From Okeania sp. (lineage in GTDB: Bacteria; Cyanobacteriota; Cyanobacteriia; Cyanobacteriales; Microcoleaceae), in assembly GCF_035285525.1 (NCBI RefSeq), contig NZ_JAYKGW010000204.1:1-12950 (forward strand): 12,950 nucleotides of DNA. Direction: 5' to 3'. A program made the translations under genes and the position numbers. Below, piece after piece: positions 1 through 6,801 of the stretch; the stretch's first letter is position 1, and every line of letters starts with the position of its first letter. The notes beneath the pieces were generated by a model, which was not told the origin of the DNA, searched no databases, and saw only the letters and a program-made list of their open reading frames with translations.

Positions 1-570
1 TTGTTACTTCATTTCAATCTACACAAAGTTGTTAAAAGTTGGGTTTTGTTACTTCATTTCAATCTACACAAAGTTGTTAAAAGTTGGGTTTTGTTACTTC
101 ATTTCAATCTACACAAAGTTGTTAAAAGTTGGGTTTTGTTACTTCATTTCAATCTACACAAAGTTTTTATAAAGTTGGGTTTTGTTACTTCATTTCAATC
201 TACACAAAGTTGTTAAAAGTTGGTTTTTTTACCTCATTTCAATCTACACAAAGTTTTTATAAAGTTGGGTTTCGTTACTTCATTTCAATCTACACAAAGT
301 TTTTATAAAGTTGGGTTTTGTTACTTCATTTCAATCTACACAAAGTTGTCAAAAGTTGGGTTTTGTTATCTCAATTAAACTTACACAGAGTTGTCAAAAG
401 TTGGGTTTTGTTATCTCAATTAAACTTACACAGAGTTGTTAAAAGTTGGGTTTTGTTATCTCAATTAAACTTACACAGAGTTGTCAAAAGTTGGGTTTTG
501 TTATCTCAATTAAACTTACACAGAGTTGTCAAAAGTTGGGTTTTGTTATCTCAATTAAACTTACACAGAG
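1..570. repeat. Tandem array of 45/46-bp units (12 full copies plus 1 truncated copy), open at the window edge; candidate sopC/parS-like centromere
   Basis: Unit boundaries read from the sequence: 1, 46, 91, 136, 182, ~227, 272, 318, 363, 408, 453, 498, and a partial unit at 543-570. Units 1-8 are type A (TTGTTACTTCATTTCAATCTACACAAAGTTGTTAAAAGTTGGGTT), and some carry a 1-nt-longer TTTTTATAAAG variant. Units 9-13 are type B (TTGTTATCTCAATTAAACTTACACAGAGTTGTCAAAAGTTGGGTT). The array ends exactly at the stop codon (571-573) of the ParB-like gene. The repeat itself is certain. The centromere role is inferred from position only. Confidence 0.95.
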
Positions 571-1305
571 TCAGGATATATCTGGCCAGGAGTCAATAAT
601 TTTAATCATTCTTTTCTCTGCTAAACCGTCAATACGTTTAATAACATCACTAAAAGATTCAAAGGGTTCAAACTGTTTTTTATTTCGCTCTTTTTCAATA
701 TTATTTATTACTCTCTGACTTACTCCTGCTTTGCTTAACCTAGGACTTAGTTGAGCAAAAGACATAGTATTAAGAGCATCTAATAAGGGAGGTATTGGTT
801 CAGGAATTTTTCTTTCTAATTCTTTAATTCTTGCTTCTAATACTTGGTTTTTTGATGAAAGCTCTGCTTTAACTTCATTCATTATATTGTCTAATCTTGA
901 TTCCATATTAAGCAGACGAAAATCAAAATTTGATAAGCGAGATTCTCCGTTACTTGGTGCGGTAGTTTCTCTACCACTATCCGGTGAAGGTAGTGGAGTT
1001 TTTGGTTGAAGAGCTTCAGCTTGTTTTAAAACTAAATCTTCAATTTTTGATGATATTACTAAAGAATTAACCATTTCTGCTTGACGTGGATTTTTTTCTC
1101 TAGCTCTCACCGCAGCATAGTATTCTAATGCACCATCAATTAATTCATATTCTTCTATTCCAACCTGTTTTAATAGAAGTGGTTTTACTAATCCATCGCA
1201 CTCTAAAATCATATCGGCTAAATGTTCAATTTCATGTTCCGAAAAATTAGAACGAGACTGATTTGAAGTGATACTTTTTACATCGACTAAATAGAAGGAA
1301 ATCAT
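571..1305 (-). CDS. Atypical ParB-like protein: degenerate ParB/Srx N-terminal domain, coiled-coil linker and C-terminal ComEA-like tandem helix-hairpin-helix
   Basis: 244-aa ORF whose ATG overlaps the upstream gene's stop by 1 nt (TAATG at 1303-1307). The N-terminus VDVKSITSNQSRSNFSEHEIEHLADMILECDGLVKPLLLKQVGIEEYELIDGALEYYAAVRA follows the ParB N-domain pattern, but DGALEYY replaces the box II GERRxR arginines. The middle (RLSNFDFRLLNMESRLDNIMNEVKAELSSKNQVLEARIKELERK) looks coiled-coil. The C-terminus LNTMSFAQLSPRLSKAGVSQRVINNIEKERNKKQFEPFESFSDVIKRIDGLAEKRMIKII matches the ComEA (HhH)2 pattern. Confidence 0.8.
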   Translation of the reverse strand: MISFYLVDVKSITSNQSRSNFSEHEIEHLADMILECDGLVKPLLLKQVGIEEYELIDGALEYYAAVRAREKNPRQAEMVNSLVISSKIEDLVLKQAEALQPKTPLPSPDSGRETTAPSNGESRLSNFDFRLLNMESRLDNIMNEVKAELSSKNQVLEARIKELERKIPEPIPPLLDALNTMSFAQLSPRLSKAGVSQRVINNIEKERNKKQFEPFESFSDVIKRIDGLAEKRMIKIIDSWPDIS

Positions 1306-2780
1306 TAAATATTCTCCATTTTTTGTAGAACTTCTTCAGCTAATAATTCAAATTCATCAGCAGAGTCGTTAGCTGTCGCATCTTTATCTGAATACTTAAA
1401 TATAGATAAGGGATTAGGAATATCTAACTCCCCTACTTTGATCGTTTGATTTAAACATTTTGATAAAGCTGTTCTTTCTGAAATAATACTATTCATCAAA
1501 GGCAGTTCGTAACGTTCTGAAATCACTTTTGTTTGTCGAGAAAATGTGTGTTGCCTAAATTTAGAATTAGGGGAAATTTTAGAGGGAAGAACACCCATAA
1601 TTTTTAGAGAAGGCATTCTCATACCTTCCCGATATTCATTAACTTGTCTGACAAAATTTTTGACAGTAGGTAAGCCTTGATTTGCAAATGGTTTTAAATC
1701 AGAAGGAATTATCAAATAATCAGCAGTAATTAGAGGGATTTCGGCATAAATATCTCTAGATGGAGGAGTGTCAATAATTACTATATCATAATCATTTTCT
1801 ACTTTCTTTAGTTTAGTAATTAATCTGGATCTACTAACAGCAATTTTGGTTAGCTTGTCTTGATGCTCAATTAATTGAATGTGAGATGGAACTATATCTA
1901 ATTCTGGGTCGTTAAAAAATTCTGATTTCCTAGCTATGTCGCTAATAAAACCAAAGTCACCTGATTCTATTAGATGGTAAACATAACTGCTTCTAATATT
2001 ATCATTTTCTTCAAACTGAAATTTTACTAAACCAGTAGCAAATGTGGCGTTTGCCTGACTATCAAAATCTATAATGAGAACTTTTTTTCCTTTTTGTACT
2101 AGGGCAGCAGCTAAATTAACTACTGTTGTCGTTTTGCCTACTCCGCCTTTATTGTGATAAACAGCAATTACTTTCATAGAATTTCTCCTATTTTGATTAA
2201 TTGGATTATACTTGGTTTCAATGTTTATTAAATCTGCCTGATTTTCGAGAATATTACTAACAATTTCTTTTGGCTCAGATTGAGTAGCGATCGCCTCATT
2301 GACATTTACTTCTTTTTGTGGAATTTCCGATTTATTATAAACCACATTTTGACGTAAATATTCTCGACCTACTAATGCTTTAATTTCTTCTATTTTCTCA
2401 TCAACTTCAATTCCCAAACAATTAAACTCTAACTTAATATTATTTCCTTCTCTTTGATAAATCCTAATTTCTTTAGCATTAGTTAACAAGCCATATTTTA
2501 CATTCATGCTGGTTAAATAACGTCTAAATTTTCGTTGATGACGGTCTAAATTTTGTTTGGGACTTTTTGCCTCCATTACTAATGCTAAAGGAGAGTCTTC
2601 ATCCAAACGAAAAGGTAGTTCCTGGGCAGCAAATGATAAAAAGTCTAAGCGGATACTACCAAAGGTTACTTCTTGATGCCAATGTTCGATATCGTATCCT
2701 AATTTTGGTAGTAGATAACTAACAATTAGTTTGCTTTCTACTTCGCTTTCGTTACGACATAAATCTGGATTAAAATTCAA
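1305..2780 (-). CDS. Fusion protein: N-terminal HsdR_N-type PD-(D/E)xK domain plus C-terminal ParA/Soj/MinD-family partition ATPase
   Basis: 491-aa ORF with a TTG start at 2780. Residues ~10-110 (ESEVESKLIVSYLLPKLGY...IRLDF...LVMEAKSP...YLTSMNVKYGLLTNAKEIRIY) show the D...ExK core and trailing Y..tNG..y signature of type I restriction R-subunit N-terminal domains. Residues 202-491 carry the deviant Walker A with signature lysine (MKVIAVYHNKGGVGKTTT), then LIIDFDSQANAT and Walker B DIVIIDTPPS. An internal ATG at 2175-2177 (M202) is preceded by AGGAGA. Confidence 0.9.
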   Translation of the reverse strand: MNFNPDLCRNESEVESKLIVSYLLPKLGYDIEHWHQEVTFGSIRLDFLSFAAQELPFRLDEDSPLALVMEAKSPKQNLDRHQRKFRRYLTSMNVKYGLLTNAKEIRIYQREGNNIKLEFNCLGIEVDEKIEEIKALVGREYLRQNVVYNKSEIPQKEVNVNEAIATQSEPKEIVSNILENQADLINIETKYNPINQNRRNSMKVIAVYHNKGGVGKTTTVVNLAAALVQKGKKVLIIDFDSQANATFATGLVKFQFEENDNIRSSYVYHLIESGDFGFISDIARKSEFFNDPELDIVPSHIQLIEHQDKLTKIAVSRSRLITKLKKVENDYDIVIIDTPPSRDIYAEIPLITADYLIIPSDLKPFANQGLPTVKNFVRQVNEYREGMRMPSLKIMGVLPSKISPNSKFRQHTFSRQTKVISERYELPLMNSIISERTALSKCLNQTIKVGELDIPNPLSIFKYSDKDATANDSADEFELLAEEVLQKMENI

Positions 2781-2784
2781 GGTG

Positions 2785-2807
2785 ATTTCAGTTATCAGTT
2801 ATCAGTA
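2785..2807. repeat. STRR-like heptamer repeat (CAGTTAT x2.5; TACTGATAACTGATAACTGAAAT on the minus strand)
   Basis: ATTTCAGTTATCAGTTATCAGTA is read directly, ending 4 nt upstream of the TTG start of the ParA fusion. The 14-mer CTGATAACTGAAAT recurs on the plus strand at 7878-7891. Confidence 0.7.
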
Positions 2808-2817
2808 GAGAGTGAAC

Positions 2818-2835
2818 CTCCGACTTTAGTCGGAG
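2818..2835. other. Perfect 7-bp hairpin (CTCCGAC-TTTA-GTCGGAG) in the leader/promoter region of the ParA-fusion operon
   Basis: The inverted repeat is read directly. On the minus strand its 3' arm reads GTCGGAGG. Its function is unknown. Confidence 0.4.
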
Positions 2836-2985
2836 TTTTGAAATAGTGAGTTAAATATTTCTCTTGGTCGATTGGATATGGCGTTTTGCGGAGTGAAACG
2901 ACCGCTTTTTCATCCCCTTTTAAGGGGATACTTTAGACCTCATTTTTTGGTAATTATTTCTGAATTTTTAATTTTCTCCTTAATT

Positions 2986-3078
2986 AAAAAAGCAATCAGC
3001 ATTCAGCAGTCAGCAAGACTGTTTATTTCAAACGTAAATCTTGAGAAACTGATAGGTGATAGCTGACTGCTAATTGCT
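2986..3078 (-). terminator. Possible desA terminator: long imperfect hairpin followed by a T-run on the minus strand
   Basis: GCAGTCAGC (3006-3014) pairs with GCTGACTGC (3062-3070), and AGCAAT (2991-2996) pairs with ATTGCT (3073-3078). On the minus strand the structure is followed by TTTTT (complement of 2986-2990), and it begins about 20 nt past the desA stop. The loop is large (47 nt), so this is tentative. Confidence 0.3.
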
Positions 3079-3098
3079 ATTTAAAATTACTAAGAATA

Positions 3099-4151
3099 CT
3101 AAGAAACTTTCTGAGCATTGTACTCTTTAAAAGTCATATAAAACTTTTCTCGATCATACAAATGACACTTATCTGTTATCTCTTTCATTAAAGACCAAGA
3201 AAACTTAGTTTGATAAAGTTTATCTCCCCATTTATCCTTTAAAAATTGATATGCTTTTCTTAAATTATATGAAGGGATTCCTACAGAAACATGATGGGGA
3301 ATATGTACATTAATATCATGGCAAAGAAACTCTACCCAACGAGGATAATCACAATGTACTGTACCAAATAATTGAGCCTCTACTTCATTCCAGTTTTCTG
3401 CTGAAGTAAAAGGAATTTCTGGTACTGTGTGGTGAACAATAGTAAACGTACTCATCCAGAAGTGGTAAACTAACCAGGGCATTAACCAAAACTTGACCAA
3501 ACCCCACACACCAACTGTAGCTATTAACAAAGGAAAAGTGATCGCGCTAAACCCAACAATTACCAATGCAGAAAATTTAACATCTTTCCGATCCTGACCC
3601 TCAAATTTTCTCCAGTTAAAATGTATACCTGCCCAGTGAACAATAGAAGCTAACCACCAAAGTCTACCACGCATAAATCTATACACTAACTGCATAGGAG
3701 TACCAGCAACCTCATAATCTTCTGGATACCAAGGTTGCCAAGCATTATCTTCCCCCATCTTATTTGTATGTTTATGGTGATGATTATGGCCGATTCGCCA
3801 ACCATGAAAAGGATAAATTAAAGGCAAAAACATTAAGTGACCAACTAAATCATTGACCCAGCGACGGTTCGCAAAGGAACGATGACCGCAGTCATGGCCA
3901 ATTACAAAAAATCCTGTTAGTGCAGTGCCAGTGAAAATCCAGAATAGGGGCAATAAAAACCAAGGTGTAATTGTTAGTCCCCAATAACCTAAAACAACCA
4001 TAAAAACATTGGTTGTCACCATTGTCCATGTTTTCCATTTATCTTTAATGAAAACTTCGCGAGGTAGAGTTTTCACAATATCTTTTAGCTGTAGTTGGTC
4101 TTTCTGACCAGAATAATTTCCATGAACAGATTCTGCAATTGATACAGTCAT
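3099..4151 (-). CDS. desA: Delta-12 acyl-lipid (oleate) desaturase
   Basis: 350 aa with three histidine boxes: HDCGH, HNHHH and HIPHH. Long stretches match my recollection of Synechocystis DesA ([77 protein letters not shown]). The sequence is unlike omega-3 DesB, which has HDCGHGSF and differs elsewhere. Confidence 0.95.
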   Translation of the reverse strand: MTVSIAESVHGNYSGQKDQLQLKDIVKTLPREVFIKDKWKTWTMVTTNVFMVVLGYWGLTITPWFLLPLFWIFTGTALTGFFVIGHDCGHRSFANRRWVNDLVGHLMFLPLIYPFHGWRIGHNHHHKHTNKMGEDNAWQPWYPEDYEVAGTPMQLVYRFMRGRLWWLASIVHWAGIHFNWRKFEGQDRKDVKFSALVIVGFSAITFPLLIATVGVWGLVKFWLMPWLVYHFWMSTFTIVHHTVPEIPFTSAENWNEVEAQLFGTVHCDYPRWVEFLCHDINVHIPHHVSVGIPSYNLRKAYQFLKDKWGDKLYQTKFSWSLMKEITDKCHLYDREKFYMTFKEYNAQKVS

Positions 4152-4207
4152 AAATTGTTTAAATTCCTGTTTTTCTTGATAGTTATGTATGTAGATTTAT
4201 GATTCCG

Positions 4208-4244
4208 AAAAAAACGCCAGCTCCACAACTTTGCTGGCGGTTTT
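4208..4244 (-). terminator. Rho-independent terminator-like hairpin (minus strand: AAAACCGCCAGC-loop-GCTGGCGTTTTTTT)
   Basis: CGCCAGC (4215-4221) pairs with GCTGGCG (4233-4239) around an 11-nt loop. It is flanked by A7 on the plus strand, which gives a T7 tail on the minus strand. It lies 220 nt downstream of the 84-aa ORF and only ~55 nt upstream of the desA ATG. Confidence 0.55.
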
Positions 4245-4464
4245 GACCACAGAAAATTTTTTACAGCTAATGCTCAGAACTAATAAAATTCAACGAATGT
4301 TAGTAAATTTTGTCCAAAACAGTGCTTTATGTAGCAAAACCTATCCTTTTATATCACAACCTTGTCTCTATCTAATTAAATAAATGATTTTTTTGGCTTT
4401 TGCTACTTCTTTTCTATTTGGTCAAATATTGCTATAATTTCATTCAAAAATTTTTTTGATTGAC

Positions 4465-4719
4465 TTATTTTTCAACAATTTGTGAAACTAAGTCTCTTTC
4501 TTTGATAGTTTGTAATTCTAATAAGAGAGTTTCTATTTCTGCTTCGAGATGAAGTAACTTAACTTGTTGATCGGTTTGATACAAAGACTTCATTTGTTTT
4601 AAGGTTCGGGTTTGATTGGTTAATTTTCCTGGACTGTTTACTTTTGTAGGAGTATCTGAACAAAGAGAAACTTTGGACAAAGTAGATGTGCTGTCAGAAA
4701 TCATTAAGTTACTAGCCAT
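4465..4719 (-). CDS. Hypothetical small protein with a C-terminal coiled-coil (84 aa)
   Basis: ATG-initiated ORF with a heptad-like tail (VKLLHLEAEIETLLLELQTIKERDL). I recognise no family and see only a weak SD. Coding status is uncertain. Confidence 0.35.
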   Translation of the reverse strand: MASNLMISDSTSTLSKVSLCSDTPTKVNSPGKLTNQTRTLKQMKSLYQTDQQVKLLHLEAEIETLLLELQTIKERDLVSQIVEK

Positions 4720-5071
4720 ATATACTCACTTAAATTCTTTTTATTTATTAAGATATACAACAAATTTAGCTGTTTAATCTTGATTAAATCAAAATTTAAC
4801 CTGATAAAATTATGGTTTCTAATTATTTAACAAATAATAAACTGTTATCATAAGTACGCAATGTGCAAATTTATAGGGAATAATCAGGGTTTCTGGAGCT
4901 TTTTCAGGAAGTAGGGGGTAGGGACATTGCATAGTCCGTACAGATATAAAGAGCCAAAAATCTGGTACTTTTTTCGCTCCTTAAATGCTACAGCCGTGAT
5001 TAATAATGTCAATGCTGCTATATTTAATCAGTCAGCCCTAATTAATTTTGCTGATGAACTTATTAGAGATG

Positions 5072-5214
5072 GGACTTACGCACGCGCAACGTATTTCTGT
5101 CATGGCGCGACTCGCAGCGCCAGCGACAGCGTTTCGCTCCGCGACATGAATGGGTCGCAGTCCCTCAGGATAGCAATCTCAAATTACCGAAACTCGTCCC
5201 CAATGCGTAAGTCC
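5072..5214. mobile_element. GC-rich ~143-bp element bounded by 11-bp terminal inverted repeats (MITE-like dispersed repeat or structured RNA)
   Basis: GGACTTACGCA (5072-5082) is the exact reverse complement of TGCGTAAGTCC (5204-5214). The interior is conspicuously GC-rich (GCGCGACTCGCAGCGCCAGCGACAGCGTTTCGCTCCGCGAC) within an AT-rich intergenic region. It contains a small AGCG-TTT-CGCT hairpin and repeated GTCGCAG/CTCGCAG motifs. Confidence 0.3.
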
Positions 5215-5509
5215 TGAGAGAGTTGCAATTTAATAAAATATTTTCTCATCCTGAAAGAGAAATAAATCTTCATCTAATCTATACTTATTCTTATATAGAG
5301 TAAACACAACACCTACTAAACATTGTTCATTGTTAATAGGTTTGAGTATCTAGAGGGATTTTAATATATCCCTAATATAAGTCTGGTCAACCAAGAAGAA
5401 AAGTCCTAATCCTGATTCATCCCGCTGCGAAGTATCAGCTTAATAATTCCCCTGGCTTTAGTCTAGAGACCGGAGAGTAGTAAAATTCAACAATTCAAAA
5501 CTTTTAAAG

Positions 5510-6601
5510 ATGACCTTAACATTGTCCCCTTATCAGTCAAAATTACAAGGTTGGCCGGGTTTAATAGAAGCATATAGGCCCTATCTACCCGTGACACAGG
5601 AAACTCCTGTGGTGACGCTGCAAGAAGGTAATACTCCTCTGATTCCTGTACCAACCATTGCCCATCAGGTAGGCAGAAATGTAGAAGTATTTGTGAAATA
5701 TGATGGCCTTAACCCCACGGGTAGTTTTAAAGATAGGGGTATGACTTTAGCCATATCTAAGGCCAAAGAAGCAGGAGCTAAAGCAGTAATCTGTGCTAGT
5801 ACAGGTAATACTTCTGCTTCCGCTGCGGCTTACGGGAGACGAGGTGGGATGCGAGCTTTTGTTTTAATTCCTGATGGTTATGTGGCTTTAGGAAAGTTGG
5901 CTCAAGCTTTGTTGTATGGAGCTGAAGTTTTGGCTATTAAAGGAAATTTTGACCAAGCTCTAGAAATAGTCCGGGAAGTGGCTAATAAGTATCCTGTGAC
6001 TTTGGTCAACTCACTTAACCCTTATCGTCTGGAAGGTCAAAAAACGGGGGCTTTTGAGGTGGTGGATGCTTTGGGAGATGCCCCAGATTGGTTATGTATT
6101 CCTGTGGGCAATGCTGGGAATATCACAGCATATTGGATGGGGTTTTGTCAATACCATAAAACTGGAAAATGCGATCGCTTACCAAAAATGATGGGCTTTC
6201 AGGCAGCAGGGTCAGCACCTATTGTCGAAGGCCATCCTATAGCTAATCCAGAAACAGTGGCCAGTGCTATTAGAATTGGTAATCCTGCTAGTTGGGAAAA
6301 GGCTATAGCTGCTCAAGAAGCGAGTCAGGGGAGTGTTAGTGCTGTGACTGATGAGGAAATATTGGAAGCTTATCGTTTATTGGCTTCTAATGAAGGAATT
6401 TTTTGTGAACCTGCTAGTGCTGCTTCTGTGGCTGGTTTATTGAAAGTTAAAGACCAAGTTCCTACAGGAGCAAAGATAGTTTGTGTACTTACTGGTCATG
6501 GTTTGAAGGACCCTGATGTAGCGATTAAACATAGCAATAACAAGTTTAAGCCGGGTATAGAACCAAGTATAGAGGCAGTTGCGAAAGTTATGGGGTTTTA
6601 A
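5510..6601 (+). CDS. thrC: Threonine synthase (PLP-dependent)
   Basis: 363 aa. It carries the PLP-lysine motif [11 protein letters not shown], plus [27 protein letters not shown] and [12 protein letters not shown]. Similarity to bacterial ThrC, for example B. subtilis from memory, runs end to end. Confidence 0.96.
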   Translation: MTLTLSPYQSKLQGWPGLIEAYRPYLPVTQETPVVTLQEGNTPLIPVPTIAHQVGRNVEVFVKYDGLNPTGSFKDRGMTLAISKAKEAGAKAVICASTGNTSASAAAYGRRGGMRAFVLIPDGYVALGKLAQALLYGAEVLAIKGNFDQALEIVREVANKYPVTLVNSLNPYRLEGQKTGAFEVVDALGDAPDWLCIPVGNAGNITAYWMGFCQYHKTGKCDRLPKMMGFQAAGSAPIVEGHPIANPETVASAIRIGNPASWEKAIAAQEASQGSVSAVTDEEILEAYRLLASNEGIFCEPASAASVAGLLKVKDQVPTGAKIVCVLTGHGLKDPDVAIKHSNNKFKPGIEPSIEAVAKVMGF

Positions 6602-6693
6602 AGGAAGAAGGAGGAAGAAGGAGGGAGGAGGAGGAGGAAGAAGGAGGGAGGAGGAGGAAGAAGGAGGAAGAAGGAGGAAGAAGGAGGAAGGAG
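6600..6693 (+). repeat. 94-nt uninterrupted homopurine (GGA/GAA-type) tract
   Basis: Every base from 6600 to 6693 is A or G on the plus strand. The tract begins inside the thrC TAA stop codon (6599-6601). It contains a duplicated GGAAGAAGGAGGGAGGAGGAGGA block, tandem ~10-nt AGGAAGAAGG-like units and many AGGAGG cores. Confidence 0.95.
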
Positions 6694-6801
6694 TTTTGTA
6701 GACCCTATATATAGCTATGTTGGTAGAGGGTAAGGTTCCCGAAAAATTGGATACCAAACCCCTACGGGGCGTTAATTATACCGATACTAATGAATTTGAT
6801 A

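Noticed and set aside
1-570. CRISPR array
   Set aside because: The whole 45/46-bp unit repeats head-to-tail with no unique spacers between copies. No cas genes are present. This is a plain tandem repeat.
1-570. Replication-origin iterons or DnaA-box cluster
   Set aside because: The closest match to a DnaA box (ATCTACACA versus TTATCCACA) has three mismatches, and type B units are worse. No rep or dnaA gene is adjacent. The position directly after a parA/parB-like pair favours a centromere-like role. An iteron function cannot be fully excluded without the sequence to the left.
1-718. ORFs 1..216, 318..599 and 446..718 on the plus strand as genes
   Set aside because: They stay open only because the 45-bp period is a multiple of three, and they translate to reiterated peptides (LLHFNLHKVVKSWVL...). 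ORF 446..718 also runs antisense into the well-supported ParB-like gene.
1305-2780. McdA (carboxysome-positioning ParA) assignment
   Set aside because: The signature lysine of the deviant Walker A (KGGVGKT) is present, whereas the beta-cyanobacterial McdA I recall lacks it. The partner protein looks ParB-like, not McdB-like. A repeat array follows the genes, which fits DNA-based positioning.
2912-2929. Hairpin ATCCCCTT-TT-AAGGGGAT as a terminator
   Set aside because: The inverted repeat is perfect, but no T-run follows it on the minus strand and there is no plus-strand gene upstream for it to terminate. It lies ~170 nt from the desA stop. It is probably a small dispersed palindrome.
2872-3066. 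64-aa plus-strand ORF
   Set aside because: It lies in a hairpin- and repeat-rich intergenic spacer, has no SD, and is low in complexity (FLVIISEFLIFSLIKK). It is most likely non-coding.
3099-4151. Omega-3 desaturase (desB) instead of desA
   Set aside because: The first His box context is HDCGHRSFA with RWVNDLVGH, and the C-terminal [10 protein letters not shown] block matches delta-12 DesA as I recall it, not DesB.
4927-5217. 96-aa plus-strand ORF
   Set aside because: It has no SD. Its 3' half is simply the GC-rich inverted-repeat element read in one frame (ATRSASDSVSLRDMNGSQSLR). I recognise no protein family.
6437-6757. 106-aa minus-strand ORF
   Set aside because: It is antisense to the 3' end of thrC and consists of a translation of the polypyrimidine complement of the homopurine tract (LLLPPSSSSSLLLPPPPPSFFLLLP). 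It is a low-complexity artefact.
6759-6769. CCCC-TAC-GGGG hairpin as a bidirectional terminator between thrC and the coiled-coil gene
   Set aside because: The stem is only 4 bp with a 3-nt loop and poor T-runs on both strands. That is too weak to call.
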